NCBI GenBank assembly: GCA_902787365.1
Contig: CADAGC010000013.1
Coordinates: 2,893-66,892 of the forward strand
DNA length: 64,000 nucleotides
DNA from: an uncultured Ruminococcus sp.
GTDB taxonomy: Bacteria; Bacillota; Clostridia; Oscillospirales; Ruminococcaceae
Reading direction: 5' to 3'
Below the pieces are notes generated by a model. It searched no databases and had not been told where the DNA came from. It saw only the letters and a list, made by a program, of their open reading frames with translations. Shown here in pieces: positions 54,794 through 63,820 of this stretch. Position 1 is the first letter of the stretch. Every line of letters starts with the position of its first letter. The position numbers were made by a program, and so were the translations under genes.

Positions 54794-55768
54794 TTAGTTT
54801 TGATTTATCTGCCGCATCTGTTCCGCTGTCGGATATGATGCTATTGCACCTTTTTTCTGCACGCTCACAGCACAGAAGCTGTTTGCAAAGTCAAGACACT
54901 CGCAAAGATACTGCATGGGTATCTTTTCAAGCGCTGCTTTTGTGGTGCCTTTCTGACCGAGCTTCCACAGGAAAGCCCCCGTGAAGCCGTCGCCCGCACC
55001 TGTTGTGTCAATTGCCTTTACGGGCTTTGCAGGCGAGAAGCCCTGTGAGGTCTTCGTAAAGGCGTAAGCCCCCTTGCTGCCCATAGTGATGAGCGCCAAG
55101 CTCACACCCTGCGAAAAGAGCCATGCTGCACTCTGCTCGGGTTCTGCCGTTCCCGTGACGAATTCAAGCTCGTCCTCCGAGAGCTTGACTATGTCGCTGA
55201 GCGGAATAAACTCCCTCACCGCATTTTTAAGCGCCTCTTTGCTTTGCCACAGATTAAAGCGCAGGTTCGGGTCAAAGCTTATTATACCGCCTTTTTTGCG
55301 CATTATATCTATCGCACGCAGGTGAGCCTGCTTCATCGGGAAATCGCCTATGTCCACGCTGCAAAAATGCAGCACCGAGACCCCGTCGAAGAACTCCTCC
55401 TTCACCGCTTCGGGCGGCATGAGCATATCAGCACTCGGGTTTCGGTAGAATGAGAACTCCCTGTCGCCGTTTTCTTTGAGCGTTACAAAGGCAAGGGCGG
55501 TGTTGGCTTTGTCGGTAAGGCTTATGCAGCTTGTATCGACGCCCACCTCGTCAAGCCTTCTGATTATCCTGTGCCCGAAAAGGTCGTCGCCCAGCTGGGT
55601 TATCATTCTCGATTTGCCGCCGAGCACCGAGTAGGCGGCGCAGACGTTTGCGGGCGCACCGCCCACCTTTGGCGCAAACGAGCCTATCTCGTCAAAGGGG
55701 CAGCCGCTTTTGTCGGGAATAAAGTCTATCAGCGCCTCGCCGATAGCTGCGAGTATATTATCCATCAT
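54794..55768 (-). CDS. scrK: PfkB family carbohydrate kinase, fructokinase-like
   Basis: AIGEALIDFIP, GGAPANV, TTGAGDGFTGAFL. Located in the sucrose operon. Confidence 0.8.
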   Translation of the reverse strand: MMDNILAAIGEALIDFIPDKSGCPFDEIGSFAPKVGGAPANVCAAYSVLGGKSRMITQLGDDLFGHRIIRRLDEVGVDTSCISLTDKANTALAFVTLKENGDREFSFYRNPSADMLMPPEAVKEEFFDGVSVLHFCSVDIGDFPMKQAHLRAIDIMRKKGGIISFDPNLRFNLWQSKEALKNAVREFIPLSDIVKLSEDELEFVTGTAEPEQSAAWLFSQGVSLALITMGSKGAYAFTKTSQGFSPAKPVKAIDTTGAGDGFTGAFLWKLGQKGTTKAALEKIPMQYLCECLDFANSFCAVSVQKKGAIASYPTAEQMRQINQN

Positions 55769-57080
55769 AGGTCACCTCAATGCTTTCAAGCTCGTATAGT
55801 CTGCCGTTTACACCATACACAGCAAGTTTCACTTGTATGTCGTCGGGGTACATTCTTGTGGATAGCACCCTCTCGCCGCCGCCGAGATATACCTCCAGCG
55901 ATGATTTATCGGCAATTATTCTTATGCTGCGGCAGTCTTTTATTTGTGCATACCTCACATCACGCCCGCAGCCTGCGGCGTCTGATAAGAACTTAAGCGA
56001 GAACTCATCGCTCTTGTATTCGAGGGTGAGTATGTTTTCAAGCGTTACCGTAAAATCGCCCTGCGTCTGCCCGATAAGCTCAAAGGGGAGAGTTATGCTG
56101 TTTGTCTGCCCTAAAGCCCTTTCATTTCTGCGAAGCGCTTCAAGCTCTCGTATAGGCTGCTGATAAACTATGCCGCCTTTTTGCGTAAGCTCTCTCGGCA
56201 GGGTCAGACAATGCTGCCAGCCTGAGCTTACCGTGGGGTTTGTGTAGGGTATGTCGCCTATGCCCTCCCAGCCTATGAGAATTTTTCTGCCGTCGGGGGC
56301 ATCGAATGTCTGCGGTGCGTAGAAATCAAAGCCGCAGTCCCACTCTCTGTATCTGCCTGTGTCTATGCCAAGATAGCCCGAGCTGTAGACGTTTTGCGAA
56401 AAGTATTTCTCGTGCTTAAGCCCCTGCGGCGATATGCTTAAAAACCTTTTGCCGCCAAGCTCGAATTCATCGGGGCATTCCCACATATAGCCTGAGTCGG
56501 GGGTGCGCAGCTCCTCCTCGAATTCCCAGTTTATCAGGTCTTTTGAGGTGTAGTATAGCACACAGCCCTTGTCATCGAGCGTCCTTGCGCCGAGCACCAT
56601 TTTGTATATGCCGTTTTCCTCCCAAACCTTTGGGTCACGCACATGGCATGAGCAGTAGTCGGGGTAGTCGGCGTTTGTGAGCAGCGTCTTTTTCTCGCTC
56701 ATCGTCACGCCGTCTTTGGTGGTGACAAGAATGACGTTTGCCCCTCTGCCTGAGGTGATGTAGTCGTGCTCGCCCTCATCCTTGACGTTGCCCGTGTAGA
56801 AGAGATACAGCGTGTCGCCCTTTACAAAGCCGTAGCCCGAGTAAACGCCGTCTTTGTCATCAGCGCTGTCGGGGCGCAGCACCGTGCCGGTGAAGCGCCA
56901 GCTCAGCATATCGGGGCTTTCAAAGTGCCCCCAGCATTTGCCCCCTTTTCCCTCTGCGCTCTCGGGGGCATACTGGAAATAAACGTGATATTTGCCGTTA
57001 AAGAAGCTCAGCCCGTTGGGGTCATTGAGCCAGCCGCTCTGCGGCTCTAAGTGAAGTGCCTGTCTGAAGTTATTTTTCAT
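55758..57080 (-). CDS. scrB: sucrose-6-phosphate hydrolase (GH32)
   Basis: SGWLNDPNG, FQY, RDPKV, WECPD catalytic blocks of GH32. Confidence 0.9.
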   Translation of the reverse strand: MKNNFRQALHLEPQSGWLNDPNGLSFFNGKYHVYFQYAPESAEGKGGKCWGHFESPDMLSWRFTGTVLRPDSADDKDGVYSGYGFVKGDTLYLFYTGNVKDEGEHDYITSGRGANVILVTTKDGVTMSEKKTLLTNADYPDYCSCHVRDPKVWEENGIYKMVLGARTLDDKGCVLYYTSKDLINWEFEEELRTPDSGYMWECPDEFELGGKRFLSISPQGLKHEKYFSQNVYSSGYLGIDTGRYREWDCGFDFYAPQTFDAPDGRKILIGWEGIGDIPYTNPTVSSGWQHCLTLPRELTQKGGIVYQQPIRELEALRRNERALGQTNSITLPFELIGQTQGDFTVTLENILTLEYKSDEFSLKFLSDAAGCGRDVRYAQIKDCRSIRIIADKSSLEVYLGGGERVLSTRMYPDDIQVKLAVYGVNGRLYELESIEVTYDG

Positions 57081-57102
57081 GTAAACACTCCTTTTTGTGC
57101 GG

Positions 57103-58992
57103 TTACTTTTTCGTTGCTATCAGCTTGTCAAGATAGGTTACGTCGCCGTCTGCTGCCTTGACTATCTCTGTGTAATCGTCGGGATTTGTGATGATTACGG
57201 GGGTTATCGTCTTGTAGCCCTTGTCCTTGATAAGGGGAATGTCAAAGGTTATGAGCGTCTGCCCTCTTGTCACCCTGTCGCCCTCGGCAACGTGAGCGGT
57301 GAAGCCCTCGCCGTTCAGCTCAACTGTGTTTATACCTATGTGAATGAGCAGCTCCATGCCGTTGTCAAGTGTCAGGCCTATTGCGTGGTGAGTATCGAAC
57401 AGCGTGCTTACCTCGCCGTCAGCAGGGGCAACGACCTTGCCCTCGGCGGGGTCAACTGCTACACCCATGCCCAGCACGTCGGAAGCGAATGTCTCATCGG
57501 GAACGTCTGCCATAAGAACAGCCTTGCCCTTAAGGGGAGAATAAACGTCAGCGTCGTCGTAGTTCTCTGCCGCCTTGACCTCTACAGTTTCTGTCTCGGC
57601 TGCGGGGGTCTCTGCTACTTCTTCTTCGACGGGGTCTTTGTATAAGAACCAGGAAAGCCCAAATGCTACTACGCTTGCTACAGCAAAGGTGAGCAGATAG
57701 CCCACAAAGCTGTCAGTCGTGATAAGGAAGCCGAATATGCCCGTAACGCCGTTAGCTGTTGCATAAACGTTCATAACAGATGCTACCGCAGCGCCGCACG
57801 CACCGCCGACCATACCTGCGATAAGGGGCTTGACAAATCTTACGTTGACACCGAATATAGCAGGCTCGGTAATGCCCATAAATGCCGAGAGAGATGCGGG
57901 CAGAGCCATTGATTTCGTTTTCTTGTTGTGTGTCTTTACCGCAACTGCAAGAGCGGCAGCGCCCTGTGCAACATTTGCGGCTGTTGCGATAGGCATCCAG
58001 ATGTTCTTACCGTTGTCGGCTATCATTGAAAGCTCGATAGCGTTATACATATGGTGAACGCCTGCAACTACCGTAGGTGCATACGCCGCACCCATAAGGA
58101 ACGAGCCTATGCCGAAAGGAATTGATATGAGCCACTGTGCGCCCGAGAGCACCCAAGTCTCTATCTGCGAGAATACAGGGCCTATAACTGTCATTGTAAG
58201 GAAGCCTGTAACGAGTACCGATACAAGCGGTGTCACGAACAGGTCAAACATCTCAGGCACCTTCTTGTGCAGCCATTTCTCGATCACCGAGAGCAGCAGT
58301 ACTGCAATAACTACGGGTATAACGTGCCCCTGATAGCCCGTGGCGTTAATATCCCACAGGCCGAACCACGACCATAGGGTAGGTAAGTCTGAGCCGTCGC
58401 CCACGCTCCATGCGTTAACAAGGCTCGGGTGTATCATTATCATACCGATAACAGCGCCGAGGTAAACATTGGCACCGAATATCTTTGCCGCACTTACTGC
58501 AATAAGTATCGGCAGGAAGGTCAATGCTGCGTTAGAGAAAATGTCGAGCAGATGATATATCTGCGTGTCGGCTATGTCGGGGAATGCCTTTGACAGACCG
58601 CCCAGAAGCCCGCACAGAAGACCCGTCGCTACAATTGCGGGAATGATAGGCACGAATATATCGCCTAAGGTCTTTACTGCCCTTTTGTACCACGGCGAGG
58701 CTGCTGCGGCTGCCTTCTTGACATCGTCTTTAGATGCTGCCTCTACTCCTGCAAGATCTATGAACTCGTCATATACCTTGTTTACTGTGCCTGTGCCTAT
58801 GATTATCTGAAGCTGCCCTGCCGCCTCAAATACGCCCTTTACGCCGTCAATGCCCTCGAGCACCGACTTTTTCACCTTTGAGTTATCTGCTATGACAAGC
58901 CTTAAGCGTGTTGCGCAATGTGCAGCACTTGCAAGATTTTCCTTGCCGCCTATGGCGGAAAGGATTTCTGATGCACACTTGTTATAATCCAT
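57103..58992 (-). CDS. scrA: PTS sucrose-type transporter, EIIBCA
   Basis: EIIB CATRLRL, a polytopic EIIC, and C-terminal EIIA-Glc type (THHAIGL, LIHIGINTV). ATG 58992 (MDYNK) is preferred to GTG 59001. Confidence 0.9.
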   Translation of the reverse strand: MDYNKCASEILSAIGGKENLASAAHCATRLRLVIADNSKVKKSVLEGIDGVKGVFEAAGQLQIIIGTGTVNKVYDEFIDLAGVEAASKDDVKKAAAAASPWYKRAVKTLGDIFVPIIPAIVATGLLCGLLGGLSKAFPDIADTQIYHLLDIFSNAALTFLPILIAVSAAKIFGANVYLGAVIGMIMIHPSLVNAWSVGDGSDLPTLWSWFGLWDINATGYQGHVIPVVIAVLLLSVIEKWLHKKVPEMFDLFVTPLVSVLVTGFLTMTVIGPVFSQIETWVLSGAQWLISIPFGIGSFLMGAAYAPTVVAGVHHMYNAIELSMIADNGKNIWMPIATAANVAQGAAALAVAVKTHNKKTKSMALPASLSAFMGITEPAIFGVNVRFVKPLIAGMVGGACGAAVASVMNVYATANGVTGIFGFLITTDSFVGYLLTFAVASVVAFGLSWFLYKDPVEEEVAETPAAETETVEVKAAENYDDADVYSPLKGKAVLMADVPDETFASDVLGMGVAVDPAEGKVVAPADGEVSTLFDTHHAIGLTLDNGMELLIHIGINTVELNGEGFTAHVAEGDRVTRGQTLITFDIPLIKDKGYKTITPVIITNPDDYTEIVKAADGDVTYLDKLIATKK

Positions 58993-59026
58993 ACTCTTCA
59001 CCCTTTCATATATTCGTCTGAGTTAC

Positions 59027-59063
59027 TGAAAGCCTATCACAATAATATGTGATAACGGTTTCA
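59027..59063. promoter_or_regulatory. paired LacI-family operator-like sites (ScrR/cre-like) in the scrA leader
   Basis: TGAAAGCCTATCACA-ataata-TGTGATAACGGTTTCA. On the minus strand the right-hand site (59050-59064) reads ATGAAACCGTTATCA, fitting WTGNAANCGNWNNCW. Lies just downstream of the -10 box. Confidence 0.6.
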
Positions 59064-59075
59064 TATCGTATGTAT

Positions 59076-59104
59076 ATTATAACACAGTTTATCTGCCCTG
59101 TCTA
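59076..59104 (-). promoter_or_regulatory. promoter for scrA-scrB-scrK-ptsH-ptsI
   Basis: Minus strand: TAGACA, 17 nt, TGtTATAAT. Confidence 0.55.
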
Positions 59105-59178
59105 TTGACGTATTATCAGAATTGCAGGGTGCTTTTCGGTAAGTTTCACACAGTTTCACATCGAAATCAGGCTATTTT

Positions 59179-60168
59179 CTACAAACGTGCGGTAGATTCT
59201 CTTTCGATTATATCATATTCAAGCTGCATTATGCGGTGAACGCTGCTGCTGCCTTTCATCTCATTAAGCAGCATCTTGGCCCCCTCTATGCCTGCCGTCT
59301 TGTAGTGCAGGTGAACAGATGACAGCGGCACATACAACAGCCTGCCCATTCTCGAATCGCCCACAGCGCCTATCATAACATCATCGGGAATCCTGATATT
59401 ATTCTCCCGACAGTAGAGCATTACGCCTGCGGCGATGTTGTCGGTGGCGCAGAATATGCAGTCGGGCTTTTTCTTTTGCGTAAATATCCGCCCTGCCTTT
59501 TCGTAGCCCGACTCCATGCTGAATTTAGCTATCTCGCACAGGCTTTTGTCGAGTTCTATTCCTGCCTCTGCCAAGGCTTTTTCAAAGCCCAAGCGCCTGT
59601 CCCGCCCTGCTGCATTGTCCTCGGGGTTTGCGCCTATGAACGCAGGAACTTTCGCTCCCTTGTCAAGCATAAGCTTGGTCATGCTGTAGGCAGCACCAAG
59701 GTCGTTGTGACATACGCAGTTGAAGCCCATAAGCTTCTGCCCCACGATTATCGCAGGCACACGCATTTTTGAGAGCAGCGAGCGGTGCAGGTCGGTAAAT
59801 ACGCTTGCAAGGAGTATCACCCCGTCAACACGGTTCTGCCTGAAAAGCTCCAGCGAGCTTATCTCACGGTTATAGTCATTGGCGGTGTTGACAAGCAAAA
59901 GCTCAAACCCCTCTGCCCCCAGCACCTCGCTTATCCCCTCGGTGACACGGGATATGCTCTCGCTCGAAAGCTTCGGCAGAATGACGCCCACCAGCTTTGT
60001 GACCTTTGAGCGTACCGTCCTTGCCGAGTAGCTGGGCATATAGCCCGTGCTTTCAAGGGCGGCTTCTATCTTAAGGCGCTTGTCCTCGCTGAGATATCCG
60101 TCATTGAAATATCTGCTGACAGCCGAAACGGAAACCCCTGCCGCCTTTGCAAATTCGGTTATATTCAT
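59179..60168 (-). CDS. scrR: LacI family transcriptional regulator (sucrose operon repressor-like)
   Basis: MNITEFAKAAGVSVSAVSRYFN HTH plus a periplasmic-binding-protein-like core. Confidence 0.85.
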   Translation of the reverse strand: MNITEFAKAAGVSVSAVSRYFNDGYLSEDKRLKIEAALESTGYMPSYSARTVRSKVTKLVGVILPKLSSESISRVTEGISEVLGAEGFELLLVNTANDYNREISSLELFRQNRVDGVILLASVFTDLHRSLLSKMRVPAIIVGQKLMGFNCVCHNDLGAAYSMTKLMLDKGAKVPAFIGANPEDNAAGRDRRLGFEKALAEAGIELDKSLCEIAKFSMESGYEKAGRIFTQKKKPDCIFCATDNIAAGVMLYCRENNIRIPDDVMIGAVGDSRMGRLLYVPLSSVHLHYKTAGIEGAKMLLNEMKGSSSVHRIMQLEYDIIERESTARL

Positions 60169-60359
60169 ATATTTCGCCTCTCTTTCACTGTGATACTGAT
60201 TTCATATATTATACCATATTTTTCACATAAAATCAATACCCCTGCACAAAAAAGTTATAGCCCTAATCGGGCGGCTTTTCTTTTGCTCCCACTTTACAAA
60301 TAATGAAAAATAAGTTATAATGTAATAGACGCTTATATTAAATAACGGAGGAAAATGAT

Positions 60360-61937
60360 TTGAAGCAGAGCAGGTTTCGCAAGCTCTCGGTGCAGCTTAT
60401 TGTTATGACTGTTATGCTGTTTATTGTGGGAACGGCTATCGGTGCTGTGCTTTTGTATACGGGCAGCAGAGATATGTACCTACAGGCCAAGGACGATATG
60501 ATATCCTACGACCTGAAAGAAATGGGCAAGTTTTTAGATGAGAACGTCTGCGTAGACTGGCTCTTTGAATACGCCCGTGAGCATGATGACTTTAACCATA
60601 AGCTTTTGGACAGAGAGTTTGACACTATACAAGAGATACAGATCGAGAATGATCTCTACGAAAAAGATACAAAGACCAAGGCTGAAGTGTATAGGTCGCT
60701 TGATGCAGATCAGCAGTCGCTTATGGCAAAATATGAGTATATGAATTTTGGCAATTACTTAAGCTCATCTTATCAGATGACGGATTATGAAAAGCTCTAC
60801 TGCATACAGGTGGGCAGCGATAAATGCGGCTTTGTTTACTTTGATGCGATAAAGACGGACAGACCCGACACGGCTGTTTTCAGGCCGGAAGCATCGGGCG
60901 TGACGTGGGATTACAAGGAAGAAGACCACCCCGCCATTGAAAAGCTCAGAGAGGGCAGCGGCGATATGGCCTTTGAAATTGCCGCCATAGATACGAGCAA
61001 CAAAGCCACCAGCTACATCGGTTATCTGCCGCTTGGCAGCGGCGAAGCCGCACTTTGCATAAGCTATGACTGGGCGCCATTCCAGAAACAGCTTATGAGC
61101 AAGGTGATAATACTTGTTCTCGTGCTGCTGGGCGCTATGCTGCTGACCTGTGTGCTGATTCTGGTGTTCCTGCGCAGGATAGTCATAAAGCCCCTCAACA
61201 CCGTACAGACCGCCATGCTCGGCTATATGGAGGAAAAGGACAGCACGCTTGTCAAGGATAAGCTCGAATCTGTCAAGACCCAGAACGAGATACAGATGCT
61301 GTCAGAGAATTTCGAGGAGCTTACCACAGAGATCGACAGCTACATCAGCAGTATCAGAAAGCTTACCCGTGAGGTAATGGAAGCCTTGGCGCAGACCATA
61401 GATGCCAAGGACAAATACACAAACGGCCACTCGTTCCGTGTGGCGCTCTATTCAAGAATGCTTGCCAAGGCGCTCGGCCTTTCAAAGCAAGAGCAGGAAG
61501 CTATCTACGATATGGGGCTATTGCACGATATCGGCAAGATAGGCATACCCGGCGCTATCATCAACAAGACCACCAAGCTCACGGAAGAGGAGTATGAGAC
61601 TATCAAAAAGCACCCGATATACGGCTATGAGATACTTTCAAAGATAAAGTCGATGCCCGAGCTTTCGATAGGCGCACGCTATCACCACGAGCGTATTGAC
61701 GGCAGGGGATACCCCGACGGCCTTAAGGGCGACGATATACCCTACATGGCAAGGATAATCGCCGTAGCCGACAGCTACGACACTATGACATCAAACCGCA
61801 GCTACCGTAACTTTCTTTCGCAGGACGTGGTGAGAGAAGAGATAGAAAAGAACATCGGCACCCAGTTTGACGAAGCCCCCGCAAGGGCTATGCTCAAAAT
61901 AATCGACAGCGATAAGCTGTATATGCTGCACGAATGA
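60360..61937 (+). CDS. membrane-anchored sensor with HD-GYP domain (c-di-GMP phosphodiesterase-like)
   Basis: Two TM helices flank a ~220-aa extracytoplasmic region. A coiled linker follows, then HSFRVA...LHDIGKIGIP...HHERIDGRGYPDGL (HD and GYP motifs). TTG start after a GGAGG SD. Confidence 0.8.
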   Translation: MKQSRFRKLSVQLIVMTVMLFIVGTAIGAVLLYTGSRDMYLQAKDDMISYDLKEMGKFLDENVCVDWLFEYAREHDDFNHKLLDREFDTIQEIQIENDLYEKDTKTKAEVYRSLDADQQSLMAKYEYMNFGNYLSSSYQMTDYEKLYCIQVGSDKCGFVYFDAIKTDRPDTAVFRPEASGVTWDYKEEDHPAIEKLREGSGDMAFEIAAIDTSNKATSYIGYLPLGSGEAALCISYDWAPFQKQLMSKVIILVLVLLGAMLLTCVLILVFLRRIVIKPLNTVQTAMLGYMEEKDSTLVKDKLESVKTQNEIQMLSENFEELTTEIDSYISSIRKLTREVMEALAQTIDAKDKYTNGHSFRVALYSRMLAKALGLSKQEQEAIYDMGLLHDIGKIGIPGAIINKTTKLTEEEYETIKKHPIYGYEILSKIKSMPELSIGARYHHERIDGRGYPDGLKGDDIPYMARIIAVADSYDTMTSNRSYRNFLSQDVVREEIEKNIGTQFDEAPARAMLKIIDSDKLYMLHE

Positions 61938-61945
61938 TAAAAAAC

Positions 61946-61973
61946 AGAGGTATCACTTATTTGTGATACCTCT
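61946..61973. terminator. bidirectional terminator
   Basis: AGAGGTATCAC-ttattt-GTGATACCTCT with an A-run before and a T-rich tail after. Confidence 0.75.
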
Positions 61974-61988
61974 TATGTTTTGCTCGGT

Positions 61989-62367
61989 TTACATTCCTGC
62001 GGGGTAGAAAGTCATTCCCTCGGCGCAGTCACGCATATTGTCGTTCCAGGTAAGTGTACCCTGACGCATAACGAATACCGCCGTGCCGTCTGTGTAGTGT
62101 ACCTTTACGTCTTCGTTGTTTTCGTCTTTCCTATTAGTCTCGGTGTATTTGCCGTTTGAGCATTCCATTGTTGCATTTTCTGTGTTGTATGTGCAGGTGT
62201 AGTGCCATGTTTCGTGACGGAGTGTCTCACCGGGGCTGTAGCTCCAGTCAACGTCTGCATAGAAGCCGTCATCATCAGCATTTATTGATATTATGCACCT
62301 GTCGCAAGCCCATACGCCGAGATAGTCTTCAGACTTTACGCCCTCTGCTGTGCGGGTGAGTGTGTCG
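61989..62367 (-). pseudogene. 5'-truncated small secreted/lipoprotein-like gene remnant
   Basis: The C-terminal ~125 aa look genuine (DYLGVWACDRCIISINADDDGFYADVDWSYSPGE...GTLTWNDNMRDCAEGMTFYP). The tracked ORF continues upstream only through repeat DNA, with no signal peptide or credible start. Confidence 0.5.
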
Positions 62368-62401
62368 CCGCTTTTTTGCGCGATCCGCTTTTTTGCGCGA
62401 T
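62368..62401. repeat. perfect 17-bp tandem duplication
   Basis: ccgcttttttgcgcgat occurs twice (62368-62384 and 62385-62401). Followed by hairpins GTACGAAC-gaa-GTTCGTAC (62404-62422), AAGGGGC-gga-GCCCCTT (62454-62470) and CATGAAC-aa-GTTCATG (62485-62500). Confidence 0.9.
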
Positions 62402-62554
62402 CGGTACGAACGAAGTTCGTACACTCGTGCGTGCGGTCTCCCCCCAGCGGGGTCAAGGGGCGGAGCCCCTTGCGGGTGAGCGCTGCATGAACAAGTTCAT
62501 GCCAAGGCAGCGCCCCTGCAAACGTCGCCCGCAGAAAAAAACTGCGCAACCCCC

Positions 62555-62583
62555 TTGACAAATCAAGTGATATGTTGTATAAT
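62555..62583 (+). promoter_or_regulatory. consensus sigma-A promoter
   Basis: TTGACA (62555-62560), 17 nt, TATAAT (62578-62583). Confidence 0.65.
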
Positions 62584-62641
62584 TGTATACAATCATACAA
62601 ACATACACACATACAGATATTCAGAGAAGGAGAAATGCCGT

Positions 62642-63160
62642 ATGGAACACGCAATGACGAACATAAACCTCAGCGGGAGCACGAATCTGCTCGAATTCGA
62701 CCCCTATGAGTACGAGCTGCACGACGTAGCGGAGCCGGAGCTTTTCCGCGAGATGTTCCCCTACACGGAGGTGCCGAAGGTAGCGTTCAACTACCGTCAC
62801 GTACCGATGAATATGCAGGAGCATATATACATAACGGACACGACCTTCCGCGACGGGCAGCAGTCGAGGGCACCCTATACCTCCGGGCAGATGGTCGAGA
62901 TATTCAAGATGCTCCACCATCTCGGCGGCGAAAAGGGCATAATCAGACAGACGGAGTTCTTTGTGTACTCGGAGAACGACCGCCGGGCGCTCGAAAAGTG
63001 TATGGAGCTCGGTTACGAATTCCCCGAGATAACTACGTGGATAAGGGCGAACAAGAAAGATTTCCAGCTTGTGAAGGATATCGGCATCAAGGAGACGGGT
63101 ATACTCGTTTCCTGCTCCGACCATCATATATTCAATAAAATGGGGCTCACACGCCGTTAG
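62642..63160 (+). CDS. homocitrate/isopropylmalate synthase family, Re-citrate-synthase-like, fragment 1 (ends at in-frame TAG)
   Basis: GGAG SD then MEHAMTNINL. YITDTTFRDGQQS (HMGL-like motif). Stops at TAG 63158-63160, where the sequence continues in the same frame. Confidence 0.7.
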   Translation: MEHAMTNINLSGSTNLLEFDPYEYELHDVAEPELFREMFPYTEVPKVAFNYRHVPMNMQEHIYITDTTFRDGQQSRAPYTSGQMVEIFKMLHHLGGEKGIIRQTEFFVYSENDRRALEKCMELGYEFPEITTWIRANKKDFQLVKDIGIKETGILVSCSDHHIFNKMGLTRR

Positions 63161-63163
63161 GCT

Positions 63164-63820
63164 ATGGATAAGTACCTCGGCATCGTCAAGGACTGTATCG
63201 ACGCGGGGCTTCGTCCGCGCTGCCATTTCGAGGACATCACACGCGCTGATTTCTACGGCTTTGTCGTGCCCTTCGCCATCGCGCTGAAAAAGCTCTCCGA
63301 CGAGAGCGGTGTCCCCGTCAAGATACGCGCCTGCGACACGATGGGCTACGGCGTTCCCTACCGCGGCGTGGCTCTGCCGCGAAGTGTATCGGGCATAATC
63401 TACGGCTTGCAGCACTACGCGGGCTTCAACGGGGATATGCTCGAATGGCACGGACATAACGATTTCTACAAGGGCGTAGTCAACGCCGCGACCGCGTGGC
63501 TTTACGGTGCGGGGGCTGTCAACTGCTCGCTGCTCGGCATCGGCGAGAGAACGGGCAACGTGCCGCTCGAAGCTATGGTGTTCGAGTACGCGTCGCTCAA
63601 AGGCACCCTCGACGGCATGGACACGACCGTCATTACCGAGATGGCCGATTATATCGTGAACGAGACCGGCTACGACCTTCCCCCGATGACCCCCTTCGTC
63701 GGTAAGAGCTTCAATATGACAAGGGCGGGCATACACGCCGACGGGCTCATGAAGGACGAGGAGATATACAACATATTCGACACCGAAAAGCTGCTTGACC
63801 GCCCCCGCTCGTCGCGGTAA
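63164..63820 (+). CDS. Re-citrate-synthase-like, fragment 2
   Basis: Same frame as fragment 1. HFEDITRAD, LEWHGHNDFY, GIGERTGN, TRAGIHADG. The tail PRSSR is out of frame. Confidence 0.7.
   Translation: MDKYLGIVKDCIDAGLRPRCHFEDITRADFYGFVVPFAIALKKLSDESGVPVKIRACDTMGYGVPYRGVALPRSVSGIIYGLQHYAGFNGDMLEWHGHNDFYKGVVNAATAWLYGAGAVNCSLLGIGERTGNVPLEAMVFEYASLKGTLDGMDTTVITEMADYIVNETGYDLPPMTPFVGKSFNMTRAGIHADGLMKDEEIYNIFDTEKLLDRPRSSR

Noticed and set aside
63158-63160. TAG reassignment (for example to Gln) as explanation for the in-frame amber codon
   Set aside because: TAG is used as a genuine stop in this window (feoB, 4386-4388), and no other gene shows internal TAG codons. A nonsense mutation or base-call error is simpler.
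62621-63736. 371-aa ORF on the minus strand
   Set aside because: It is antisense to the citrate-synthase-like gene, whose sense translation carries clear family motifs. The antisense product is Arg/His/Val-rich with no motifs.
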